Part shown: positions 10,571 through 19,409 of the stretch, piece by piece | Numbering within the stretch: the first letter of the stretch is position 1 | Layout: every line of letters starts with the position of its first letter | NCBI GenBank assembly: GCA_045641365.1 | Contig: JAZUGT010000077.1 | Coordinates: 26,493-90,492 of the forward strand | Length of the DNA stretch: 64,000 bases | Direction: 5' to 3' | From: Lachnospiraceae bacterium | GTDB taxonomy: Bacteria > Bacillota > Clostridia > Lachnospirales > Lachnospiraceae | Notes under the pieces: generated by a model | Told to the model about the DNA's origin: nothing | The model's database searches: none | What the model saw: the letters and a program-made list of their open reading frames with translations, nothing else | Translations under genes and position numbers: made by a program

Positions 10571-11853
10571 TATTACTTAGGAACGGACTTGTTGTTGATC
10601 CTGCCTCAGGACTTGAGGCTGTGAGAGATATTGTGATTGACAACGGGATAATAACTGATATTTCGGAGCATATAGATGTATCGGAAGCTAATGATGTTAC
10701 TGAATATGACTGTACCGGGCTGATTATAGGCCCTGGACTTGTTGATATTCATGTACATTTTAGAGATCCGGGCTTTACATATAAGGAAGATATACACACT
10801 GGTTCAGTTGCTGCGGCTCGTGGTGGCGTTACCAGCGTTGTTTTGATGGCTAATACGAAGCCGGTTGTAGATAATATAGAGACTCTGGAATATGTGATTA
10901 ATAAGGGAAAAGAGACGAATATTAACGTCTACACATGCGTTTCTATTACCAAGAGCCTTGCAGGCAAGGAACTTAACGACTTTGCTGAACTCAAGGCTCA
11001 TGGCGCGGTTGGCTTTACGGATGATGGAATTCCGATTCTGGATGAGGCGATGGTCAGGGCAGCAATGAATGAAGCTGTTAAAAATGATACAATACTAAGC
11101 TTTCACGAGGAAAATCCTGAATATATTGAGAATAACGGGGTTAACAGGGGCAAGGCTTCGCAACACTTCGGTATTGGTGGAAGTGATAGACAGGCTGAGA
11201 TTGATATGGTTGCCAGAGATATAAGGCTTGCACTTGAGACAGGTGCCAAGGTTAATTTTCAACATATAAGTACAAAGGAAGCTGTTGAACTCATTAGAGA
11301 GGCCAAGAAGTCGCCTAATGGTAGCAATATATATGCTGAGGCAACTCCACACCATATTGCACTCACGGAGGAAGATACAATAACACATGGTACGCTTGCA
11401 AAAATGAATCCTCCGCTCAGAACGGCAGAAGACAGAGAGGCCATAATTTGTGGTTTGCAGGATGGAACAATCGATTTTATAGCCACTGATCATGCTCCTC
11501 ATAGCGCTGATGAGAAGAATCTTGCAATAATAGATGCTCCGAGTGGCATAATTGGGCTGGAAACTTCACTAAAAGTATCATATAACGCACTAATTCGCAC
11601 GAGAAGGATGTCACTTTTGCAACTTTTTTGCAAGTTGAGTAAAAAACCAGCTGAAATTTATGGAATTAATGCAGGGGAAGTTGCAATTGGCAGACAGGCT
11701 GATTTGGTCGTTTTTGACTCAGAAAAGATACATAATCATACTGAATTCTGTTCAAAATCGAGCAACAGTCCTTTCATAAATGATACAATTACCGGTGATG
11801 TGGTAATGACTATATGTTGTGGTAAGGTTATTTTTGAAGATTTTGCAAAATAG
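10567..11853 (+). CDS. pyrC: Dihydroorotase
   Basis: DIHVHFRDPG, KMNPPLR, ATDHAPH; adjacent to pyrK and pyrD. Confidence 0.95.
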   Translation: MILLRNGLVVDPASGLEAVRDIVIDNGIITDISEHIDVSEANDVTEYDCTGLIIGPGLVDIHVHFRDPGFTYKEDIHTGSVAAARGGVTSVVLMANTKPVVDNIETLEYVINKGKETNINVYTCVSITKSLAGKELNDFAELKAHGAVGFTDDGIPILDEAMVRAAMNEAVKNDTILSFHEENPEYIENNGVNRGKASQHFGIGGSDRQAEIDMVARDIRLALETGAKVNFQHISTKEAVELIREAKKSPNGSNIYAEATPHHIALTEEDTITHGTLAKMNPPLRTAEDREAIICGLQDGTIDFIATDHAPHSADEKNLAIIDAPSGIIGLETSLKVSYNALIRTRRMSLLQLFCKLSKKPAEIYGINAGEVAIGRQADLVVFDSEKIHNHTEFCSKSSNSPFINDTITGDVVMTICCGKVIFEDFAK

Positions 11854-11873
11854 ATATAAAAGGAGATGTGCAC

Positions 11874-12677
11874 ATGAAGAGAAAAGTAGCCGGTCAGGTT
11901 ATACGAAATGAAGAGATAGCACCTGATATTTTTAGTATGTGGATTGAAACTGATCTTGCGAAAGACGCAAAACCGGGTCAGTTCGTTGGTGTTTATCCTG
12001 CAAATCAGTCAACTTTGCTTCCAAGACCTATAAGTATATGTGAAGTAAGGGCTTCGGAGAACATGTTGCGTATTGTATATAGAGTTGTAGGAAAGGGAAC
12101 TAATGAATTCTCGCACTACAGCACTGGAAGAAGGGTTAATCTTCTTGGAGTACTCGGTAATGGATATCCTGTAGAGAAAGCCAAGGATAAGAAGGTGGTT
12201 CTTATGGCAGGAGGAATTGGTGTTCCACCAATACTTCAGCTTGGCAAGGTTCTTGCAGGGCTTTCTGATGATTCTGAAGGAAGAATTGCTTCTGATATTA
12301 CTATTGTAGTTGGATATAGAGACTGCAACACCTTTTTTAAGGAAGAGCTTGAACAGTATGGTCGCGTTATAATAGCAACTGACGATGGTTCAGTTGGTAC
12401 ACATGGCAACGTTATTGATGCAATGAAAGCAAACGGTGTAACACCTGATATGATTATGGCATGTGGCCCTATGCCTATGCTTAGAGCAATCAAGGCATAT
12501 GCTCAGGATGCTAACATTGATGCATATATTTCTCTGGAAGAGAAGATGGCATGTGGTGTAGGTGCATGTCTGGGATGTGTATGTAAGACAACAGGTGTTG
12601 ATCACCATTCACATGTTAATAATGCAAGAATATGTACAGATGGACCTGTTTTTGAGGCAAAGGAGGTAGATATCTAA
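11874..12677 (+). CDS. pyrK: Dihydroorotate dehydrogenase electron-transfer subunit
   Basis: RPISI, GGIGVPP, ACGP, [2Fe-2S] motif MACGVGACLGC...RICTDGPVF. Confidence 0.95.
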   Translation: MKRKVAGQVIRNEEIAPDIFSMWIETDLAKDAKPGQFVGVYPANQSTLLPRPISICEVRASENMLRIVYRVVGKGTNEFSHYSTGRRVNLLGVLGNGYPVEKAKDKKVVLMAGGIGVPPILQLGKVLAGLSDDSEGRIASDITIVVGYRDCNTFFKEELEQYGRVIIATDDGSVGTHGNVIDAMKANGVTPDMIMACGPMPMLRAIKAYAQDANIDAYISLEEKMACGVGACLGCVCKTTGVDHHSHVNNARICTDGPVFEAKEVDI

Positions 12678-13582
12678 TGGCTAATATGAGTGTTAATATT
12701 GCTGGGGTTGAGTTTAAGAATCCGGTTATGACAGCCTCTGGAACTTTTGGCTCAGGAATGGAATATGGAGAATTTGTTGATCTTAATAAGCTTGGCGCTG
12801 TAGTCACCAAGGGCGTGGCTAACGTACCATGGCCAGGTAATCCAACTCCACGTGTTACGGAAGTATATGGTGGAATGCTTAATGCCATAGGACTTCAGAA
12901 TCCTGGAATTGATGTATTTATGGAGAGAGATATTCCGTTTCTTGAGAAGTATGATACTAAGATTATTGCTAATGTCTGCGGAAAGTCGGTTGAAGACTAT
13001 CTCGAAGTGGTTGAGAAGCTTTCTGACTCAAGTGTTGATATGATGGAAATCAATATCTCATGCCCTAATGTCAAGGAAGGCGCAATTGCTTTTGGACAGA
13101 AGGCTGAATCTGTCTTTGATATAACTAAGAAGATCAAGGATGTGTCAAAGAAGCCTATAATTATGAAGCTGAGTCCTAATGTTACTGACATAACGGAGAT
13201 GGCCAGAGCTGCGGAAGCTGCGGGGGCAGACGCAATATCGCTGATTAATACACTGACAGGAATGAAGATTGATATTAACAGGCGTGCATTTGCGATTGCC
13301 AATAAGACTGGTGGAATGTCGGGTCCTGCAATCAAGCCGATAGCCGTAAGAATGGTATATCAATGTGCCAATGCAGTTAACATTCCTATTATCGGCATGG
13401 GCGGAATTGCGAGCGCGGAGGATGCAATCGAATTCCTTATGGCTGGTGCAACAGCTGTCGCAGTTGGTGCAATGAACTTTGTGAATCCATATCTTACCGA
13501 AGAAGTGGTTGATGGAATTGATAGATTCATGAAAAAGAACAGTATTGAAGATATTCATGAGATTATTGGCTGTGTAAAGTAA
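12677..13582 (+). CDS. pyrD: Dihydroorotate dehydrogenase 1B catalytic subunit
   Basis: ASGTFG, NAIGLQNPG, NISCPN, KLSPN, GGMSGPAIKP. Confidence 0.96.
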   Translation: MANMSVNIAGVEFKNPVMTASGTFGSGMEYGEFVDLNKLGAVVTKGVANVPWPGNPTPRVTEVYGGMLNAIGLQNPGIDVFMERDIPFLEKYDTKIIANVCGKSVEDYLEVVEKLSDSSVDMMEINISCPNVKEGAIAFGQKAESVFDITKKIKDVSKKPIIMKLSPNVTDITEMARAAEAAGADAISLINTLTGMKIDINRRAFAIANKTGGMSGPAIKPIAVRMVYQCANAVNIPIIGMGGIASAEDAIEFLMAGATAVAVGAMNFVNPYLTEEVVDGIDRFMKKNSIEDIHEIIGCVK

Positions 13583-13664
13583 TATCGTATATATGAATGC
13601 TGGCTATTACACCAGTATATTAAGAATGTGAATTAATGGCGAAAAAGAAATATCTATAGACTCG

Positions 13665-13704
13665 AAGAGGCACTATCGTAGCAAATGTACCGATAGTGCC
13701 TCTT
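13665..13704. terminator. Hairpin between convergent genes, likely terminator
   Basis: AAGAGGCACTATCG-N12-CGATAGTGCCTCTT. Confidence 0.75.
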
Positions 13705-13724
13705 TGGATATTATTTGTGATGGA

Positions 13725-14330
13725 CTAAGCTGTTGCTTCAGCTGCCCAATCGTCGAATTTCTTCATTGTAGCCTCGTAAGTTCTCTGACTTATGTCTGGC
13801 AACTTGTCTCCCCATGTGGATGTGGCCTGCTCAAATCCTTTCTTGAAGGCTTCTCTCATCTCTTCAATCTTGTCAGGATCACCACCTGTAAGAGCCTTGG
13901 CAAAATCAAGGATTCTGTCTGATGTCTGCTCAACACCCCAGTATCCATCTTCTGCAATATCAGCTTCAGCCTGCGCCTTAGTTGCAGGATCAACTGTGAA
14001 CTCTCCCTTGCGTAAGAAACTCCAGATGTCATCTGCCTGTCCAAGAGCATTACCCTGACCGCTGATAAGCTGTTCAACAATGCTTCTAAGCTGTGCTGTT
14101 CTCTGCTCAGCCTCAGCCTTAAGCTTTTCAATCAACTCAGTGTTAGGAGTATACTGCTTCTTTGGAGCCTCGACAGCCTCTGTATTCTCGCTTGCTTCAT
14201 ATATTACGCCATTATCGAGAGTAGCTTCTGTAGCTTCTTCTGTAACAGCCTCTTCCTTAACCTTCTTAGGTGTAGAATCATATGTGCTGTATGCTGCAGC
14301 AACTGTACTTGTAAATCCGTTTACTTCCAT
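13725..14330 (-). CDS. Hypothetical acidic alpha-helical protein, probable sigma28 regulon member
   Basis: ATG 14330 follows AAGGAGG; conserved-looking core EDGYWGVEQTSDRILDFAKALTGGDP; no signal peptide. Confidence 0.85.
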   Translation of the reverse strand: MEVNGFTSTVAAAYSTYDSTPKKVKEEAVTEEATEATLDNGVIYEASENTEAVEAPKKQYTPNTELIEKLKAEAEQRTAQLRSIVEQLISGQGNALGQADDIWSFLRKGEFTVDPATKAQAEADIAEDGYWGVEQTSDRILDFAKALTGGDPDKIEEMREAFKKGFEQATSTWGDKLPDISQRTYEATMKKFDDWAAEATA

Positions 14331-14377
14331 GTTGGTCAACCTCCTTGTAATCTAATACTTATTCTATGATACTATTG

Positions 14378-14404
14378 ATATCGGCATGTGGCAAATAAAA
14401 ATTA
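14378..14404 (-). promoter_or_regulatory. Sigma28 promoter
   Basis: TAAT-N15-GCCGATAT on the - strand. Confidence 0.75.
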
Positions 14405-14486
14405 AGCCTTATTTATGAATTGTTAGCTGAAATTTATGGATATTAGGCCTGTTTTCGCGGGCTGTTGGCCTGAAATTATGGAGATT

Positions 14487-15054
14487 AAGGGCAAAACAGT
14501 TGAGATTTTTATATATGCCCAGCTATTGAAGTGGAATCAGGGCAAAAAACAAGAAAATGAAATATATGCCCAGGAATTGAAACTGAAGCAGGGCAAAAAA
14601 TAAGAAAGTGAGCTATATGCCCAAAGCAGAGCATGGAAGCAGGGCATAGAAGAGCAAAATAAGCTATATGCCCAGTGGCAGACGCGATATCGGGGCAAAA
14701 AACAAGAAAATGAAATATATGCCCAGGAATTGAAACTGAAGCAGGGCAAAAAATAAGAAAGTGAGCTATATGCCCAAAGTAAGGCATGGTAACAGGGCAT
14801 AGAAGCGGAAAACAGGATATATGCCCTGCAATTAAAACTGAAGCAGGGCAAAAATTAAGAAAACAGGATATATGCCCTGCAATTGAAACTGAAGCAGGGC
14901 AAAAATTAAGAAAACAGGATATATGCCCTGCAATTAAAACTGAAGCAGGGCAAAAATTAAGAAAATAAGCTATATGCCCTGCAATTAAAACAGAATCAGG
15001 GCAAAAACCAACAAAATAAGCTATATGCCCAGCAAAACAAATCAAAACAGGGTA
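14487..15054. repeat. Intergenic 51-bp tandem array (10 full units plus partial units at both ends): TATATGCCC-N17-CAGGGCA-N18
   Basis: TATATGCCC occurs at 14512, 14563, 14614, 14665, 14716, 14767, 14818, 14869, 14920, 14971 and 15022 (exact 51-bp period). Confidence 0.97.
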
Positions 15055-15098
15055 TATGTCGCAAAAAACAAACTAAACAGAAGAAAAATAATAAAAAT

Positions 15099-15127
15099 TT
15101 GAAAAAAACCGTATTCATTGATATAAT
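15099..15127 (+). promoter_or_regulatory. SigmaA promoter with extended -10
   Basis: TTGAAA-N17-TATAAT, with TG at 15119-15120. Confidence 0.8.
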
Positions 15128-15159
15128 GGCGTAAGTGAAAGAACTAGGAGGTATCTTAC

Positions 15160-15633
15160 GTGAGTACAGGTTGGATTATAGCTATAGTAATACTTGTTAT
15201 AATGGCAGTTGCTATTGCGGTTCTCTATTTCCTTGGCAAGAAGGCACAGGCAAGACAGCAGGAACAGCAGGAGCAGATGGATGCTTATAAGCAGACAGTA
15301 TCTATGCTTATTATTGATAAAAAGAAAATGAAACTTAAGGATGCAGGATTGCCACAGGCAGTTATTGATCAGACCCCAAGGCTGATGAGAGGTTCAAAGC
15401 TTCCAATAGTTAAGGCTAAGGTTGGTCCACAGGTTATGTCTTTGGTATGTGATGCTGCAATATTCGATAGTGTTCCAGTTAAGAAGGAAGTTAAGGCGAC
15501 AGTAAGCGGTATCTATATTACAGGCGTTAAGGGACTTCATGGCAAGCAGCTTGCTCAGCCTGAGAAGAAGAAGAGCAAGTTCAGACAGGCAATAGAGAAG
15601 GCGCAGGAGAAGGCAGGAGCCAAGCCGCTATAA
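15160..15633 (+). CDS. Hypothetical membrane-anchored basic protein
   Basis: GTG start after AGGAGG; one N-terminal TM helix; Lys-rich soluble part. Confidence 0.85.
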   Translation: MSTGWIIAIVILVIMAVAIAVLYFLGKKAQARQQEQQEQMDAYKQTVSMLIIDKKKMKLKDAGLPQAVIDQTPRLMRGSKLPIVKAKVGPQVMSLVCDAAIFDSVPVKKEVKATVSGIYITGVKGLHGKQLAQPEKKKSKFRQAIEKAQEKAGAKPL

Positions 15634-15707
15634 GCCTGAGAAGAAGAGCAAGTTCAGACAGGCAATAGAGAAGGCGCAGGAGAAGGCAGGAGCCAAGCCG
15701 CTATAAG
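15558..15707 (+). repeat. Tandem duplication of the last ~75 bp of the preceding gene
   Basis: 15558-15634 is repeated at 15634-15707; the second copy lacks one AAG. Confidence 0.95.
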
Positions 15708-15846
15708 TCTGCGCATATAATGATAATCAAACGATGGTCTAAAAAGCACATTATAATATGTGAATTGGCAAATGAAAAAGACAATAAAAGTTCTTGAGGG
15801 CTTGCATCTCATAGCGGTAGCAACTCGACAAGTAATATTGTTCATT

Positions 15847-15880
15847 AAAAAAGGAACTTCAACGCTGAAGTTCCTTTTTT
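15847..15880. terminator. Bidirectional intrinsic terminator
   Basis: AAAAAAGGAACTTCA-acgc-TGAAGTTCCTTTTTT. Confidence 0.9.
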
Positions 15881-15893
15881 GGTGCAGAAATTG

Positions 15894-16331
15894 TTAGATA
15901 ATAGCATCACAAAGCTCTCTAATCTCAATATGAATGTTGCAATCTGAGAGAAATTCGTAATTAACATCAAGCGAATAGTTGACGTCGATCCTGACTAAAT
16001 CCTCAAACTCTGTAAAAGAAATATTCTTTGTGTCTATTCCAATTACAATTGACCCAAATGGGGTATTATAATTGGTCAGATTCTTCTCACCAATCTTAAA
16101 TAACATGGTGGTACTAACCGGGCCTTTCTTGGACAGGCTGAGCATCGAATGATCGAACTTGATCATGCTTTTGCATGTCTCGTCAGTTCCCTCTATAGGC
16201 TCATCATATATTATATAACGCACGTCATTTTTAATATAATACTGTCCCTGCCATATTGTCTCTATATTTCCACCGTCTTCAGTGCTCTGAAAGTGCATGC
16301 CCTTAATTGAGATAGATACGTCTTTTTTCAT
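15894..16331 (-). CDS. DUF1934 (YwiB-like) beta-barrel protein
   Basis: 145 aa, beta-rich, with YNTPFGSI motif; GGAG RBS. Confidence 0.8.
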   Translation of the reverse strand: MKKDVSISIKGMHFQSTEDGGNIETIWQGQYYIKNDVRYIIYDEPIEGTDETCKSMIKFDHSMLSLSKKGPVSTTMLFKIGEKNLTNYNTPFGSIVIGIDTKNISFTEFEDLVRIDVNYSLDVNYEFLSDCNIHIEIRELCDAII

Positions 16332-16351
16332 GTTGTCTCCAATTCACAGGT

Positions 16352-17026
16352 CTACTGCTCAAGCTGAATCTGCTTAATTATCGCTTTTTCCTGGTTTTCA
16401 ATGTGCGTATGGATATGATTACACGCGTTATCTTTGTCTCTGGCAGCAATTGCTTCATATATAAGCTTATGCTCCTCAACAAGTGAAGAATGAATTGCCT
16501 TATCCTTAATGTATTCGAATCGATATCGGTACATCTGCTCAGCCAGATTATTCACCATCTGTGTGAGCCTTGGATTACGCGTAGATTCGAAGATTATATC
16601 ATGATATGCGACATCAGCAGTTGCAATCTCCCTCGAGTCGCCTGTAGCAACGGCAGACTCAAAATCTGTACATGCATCCTTGAGTCGCTCAATTTCTTCA
16701 TCCGTAATTCGCTCACATGCCAGTTCAACTGCAAGTTCATCAAGAGCAAGTCTAACCTCAAGCACGTCGGACATGCTCTTTTCAGTAATTCTGGCAACCT
16801 GTGCCCCACGCCTTGGAACCATCGTGACAAGTCCCTCTAACTCTAACTGTCGTATGGCTTCTCGGATGGGAGTACGTGATACACCAAGCTTTTGAGCAAG
16901 ATGGATCTCCATAAGTCGTTCACCTGGCTTAAGTTCACCTGTAAGTATGGCCTGTCGTAATGTCTTGAATACAACATCTCTAAGTGGTAAAAAAGCATCC
17001 AAATTGGCCTGCATATAATCTTTCAT
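16352..17026 (-). CDS. GntR-family (FCD domain) transcriptional regulator
   Basis: LKPGERLMEIHLAQKLGVSRTPIREAIRQLELEGLV; C-terminal D..YH...EH FCD pattern. Confidence 0.93.
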   Translation of the reverse strand: MKDYMQANLDAFLPLRDVVFKTLRQAILTGELKPGERLMEIHLAQKLGVSRTPIREAIRQLELEGLVTMVPRRGAQVARITEKSMSDVLEVRLALDELAVELACERITDEEIERLKDACTDFESAVATGDSREIATADVAYHDIIFESTRNPRLTQMVNNLAEQMYRYRFEYIKDKAIHSSLVEEHKLIYEAIAARDKDNACNHIHTHIENQEKAIIKQIQLEQ

Positions 17027-17161
17027 ATAAACACCTGTTCCTTATAAAACTATGTTCCTATAAGCACCTGTCCCTAATAAAACTCTGGCGCTAATAAAAC
17101 TCTGGCTCTTATAAGCACCTGTTCCTAATAAAACTCTGGCCCTTATAAACACCTGTCCCCT
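17027..17161 (-). repeat. Eight ~17-bp tandem units filling the ispE-gntR spacer
   Basis: Units ATAA(A/G)CACCTGT(T/C)CC.. (type A) and ATAAAACT(C/A)TG.... (type B) start at 17027, 17044, 17060, 17077, 17094, 17111, 17128 and 17145; order ABABBABA. Confidence 0.92.
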
Positions 17162-18038
17162 ACTTATCAATCTGAATCACGCCCTGACGGGAAAGCCTTG
17201 TAACATGACCATCAATGTCAGGATATTGCAAAAGAAGCGCATTAAGTGCGCTGGAAGCCGTACTCTCTTTATCAAATATACCGAACACAGTAGGACCACT
17301 TCCGCTCATCATCGCGCCCATGGCTCCTTCAGATAGAAGAATCTGTTCAATCGAGTGAATAACAGGATATGCATCTGCTGTTACGGTCTCAAGAAGGTTG
17401 GCCATATTGGCGATAACAGTACCAAGATCTCCACGCTCAATTCCTGCTATGGCGCTGTCTACATCCGGATGCACTGTGGAATCATCAAGCTTAAGATTCT
17501 CATATACAAACTTGGTAGACACATCAATATCAGGCTTAGCTATAACTAGATGGCAGTCAGGAGTATCAGGAAGCTTGGTAAGTAACTCGCCGATTCCTTC
17601 GGACAGATACGTTCCACCTTCAATACAGAAAGGAATATCTGCTCCAAGCTTCACTCCAATCTCTCTAAGCGTAACATTATCAAGCCCAAGATTAAGGAGA
17701 GCATTAACACCGATTAGCGTTGCAGCGGCATCGGCACTTCCACCAGCGAGGCCTGCGGCCATGGGAATATTCTTCTTAAGACTAATATCCACACCTTCAC
17801 TGCAGTTGCAATAATCAAGTATGCTTCGCGCAGCCTTATAGATGAGATTGCTTTTGTCGCAGGGGAGTCTGTCATCGTCACATATAATAGTAATCTCTCC
17901 AGATGAATTCTTATCGATTGTAATCTCGTCATAGACGCCGATGGACTGCATGATCATCTTGACATCATGATAGCCATTAGGTCTTCTTCCAAGAACATCA
18001 AGAGCAAGATTAATCTTAGCGTATGCATGAAGAATCAT
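17160..18038 (-). CDS. ispE: 4-diphosphocytidyl-2-C-methyl-D-erythritol kinase
   Basis: AYAKINLALDV, IPMAAGLAGGSADAA, LGADIPF, MSGSGPTVF. Confidence 0.96.
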   Translation of the reverse strand: MILHAYAKINLALDVLGRRPNGYHDVKMIMQSIGVYDEITIDKNSSGEITIICDDDRLPCDKSNLIYKAARSILDYCNCSEGVDISLKKNIPMAAGLAGGSADAAATLIGVNALLNLGLDNVTLREIGVKLGADIPFCIEGGTYLSEGIGELLTKLPDTPDCHLVIAKPDIDVSTKFVYENLKLDDSTVHPDVDSAIAGIERGDLGTVIANMANLLETVTADAYPVIHSIEQILLSEGAMGAMMSGSGPTVFGIFDKESTASSALNALLLQYPDIDGHVTRLSRQGVIQIDK

Positions 18039-18058
18039 AGCCTGTACTTCCTTTCAAA

Positions 18059-18110
18059 TTGTATACTGTACATTGTATAATGTATTTTGTATATTGTATT
18101 TTGTATACAA
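18059..18110. promoter_or_regulatory. Seven TGTA-nnn heptamer direct repeats ending in the palindrome TTGTATACAA; candidate GntR operator
   Basis: TGTATAC TGTACAT TGTATAA TGTATTT TGTATAT TGTATTT TGTATAC from 18060, immediately upstream of the ispE RBS. Confidence 0.6.
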
Positions 18111-18304
18111 GAATTCTACAAGAAATGGGATAATAATTCAATATGCGTGTGAAAAAGGTGTGAAATATTTGTCTAGACTCTTTAATATGTGGTCTATATA
18201 TGTTAAAATCACAAGATGTGGTATTAAGCGCATATAGATAGGAAGAAGCACGTAAGATTTCATTACATATCTCGATGCTTACAATGAGGAGAATGAATAA
18301 TATT

Positions 18305-19399
18305 ATGAAGAAGAAGGTTGGAATGATTCTTCTGGGAACAGCAATGGTTGCACTTCTTGCCGGATGTGGTGCCAAGAAGTATGACAATAATAGTCTGAGC
18401 CTGGATGATATCGACGTTGATTATTATGTGACAGAGTTAGGAGATTACAACAATCTTTCATTTGCAGTGAAGCCTCTCGATGAGACTACAGATGCAACTG
18501 TTGATGAGTACATTGATTATCTGCTCAACTCAAGCGCACAGCCAGTTAAAAGTGATAAGACTGTTGTTGAGACAGGCGATATCGCCAATATTGATTATGT
18601 GGGAACTCTTAATGGGGTCGCTTTTGACGGTGGAACGGCACAGGGATACGATCTCACAATCGGTTCTGGCAATTTCATACCTGGATTTGAGGATGGACTT
18701 GTTGGTGCAAGCGTAGGTGATGAGGTAGAGCTTAATCTTACATTCCCTGAGCAGTACCAGAGTGCTGAACTTGCCGGTCAGGAGACTGTATTCACAGTTA
18801 AAATCAATTATATCAGTGAGAATAAGGCTCCAGAGCTTAATGATGAATTTGTTCAGACACTGGCAGTAGATGGTGTTACAACTGTAGATCAGTTTAAGGA
18901 ATACGTTTTTAACAGATTAAGCGAGAATGCGAAGACAACTTATGATACAGAGCTTAGAGATAAGGCTATGGAAGCGCTTATTGACAAGTGTACGGTTAAG
19001 GATGAGTATCCACAGGGACTTCTTGATTACTATACCAAGCAGCTTAAGCAGGCGGATGAGTCCAAGGCTCAGAATTATAATGTTGACATAGAGACTTATA
19101 TATCATCAATGTATTCAATGAACATGGATGAGTACAATGACAAGATTGATAGTCAGGCCAAGCTTATGGTTAAGGATGCACTTATCTGTGCCAAGATTGC
19201 CCGCCTTGAGGGAATAAGCGTAACGGACAAGGAGTATGAAGATCAGGTAAGCACAGATGCAGTAACTCTCGGATATGGTTCGGTTGAGGAGTTCAAGAAG
19301 AACGTAACTGAGGAAGATTACAGGAACTATCTTCTCGAGATTAAGGTTATGGACAGTATAATCGAGAAGTCAGATATTACAGAGAGCATAGAGGATTGA
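18305..19399 (+). CDS. Trigger-factor-like FKBP peptidyl-prolyl isomerase, lipoprotein (start uncertain, 18293 or 18305)
   Basis: Lipobox LAGC; FKBP domain [29 protein letters not shown]; TF-like C-terminal domain; no ribosome-binding GFRxGxxP motif. Confidence 0.85.
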   Translation: MKKKVGMILLGTAMVALLAGCGAKKYDNNSLSLDDIDVDYYVTELGDYNNLSFAVKPLDETTDATVDEYIDYLLNSSAQPVKSDKTVVETGDIANIDYVGTLNGVAFDGGTAQGYDLTIGSGNFIPGFEDGLVGASVGDEVELNLTFPEQYQSAELAGQETVFTVKINYISENKAPELNDEFVQTLAVDGVTTVDQFKEYVFNRLSENAKTTYDTELRDKAMEALIDKCTVKDEYPQGLLDYYTKQLKQADESKAQNYNVDIETYISSMYSMNMDEYNDKIDSQAKLMVKDALICAKIARLEGISVTDKEYEDQVSTDAVTLGYGSVEEFKKNVTEEDYRNYLLEIKVMDSIIEKSDITESIED

Positions 19400-19409
19400 G
19401 GGTAAGAAG

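Noticed and set aside
14509-15045. 178-aa minus-strand ORF with 17-aa GHI...FCP repeats as a real gene
   Set aside because: TTG start with no RBS. The conserved codons (GGG CAT ATA) show no synonymous variation over 11 units, which points to nucleotide-level constraint. A 51-bp period keeps frames open by itself. Not fully excluded; ribosome profiling would settle it.
14487-15054. CRISPR array
   Set aside because: The constant parts are only 9 and 7 nt, the variable parts are related to each other and sometimes identical, and there is no cas gene in the window.
15772-15897. Short + strand ORF MKKTIKVLEGLHL... resembling an HPr N-terminus
   Set aside because: Only GLH matches (no ARP); there is no RBS and it runs through the terminator. 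Likely chance.
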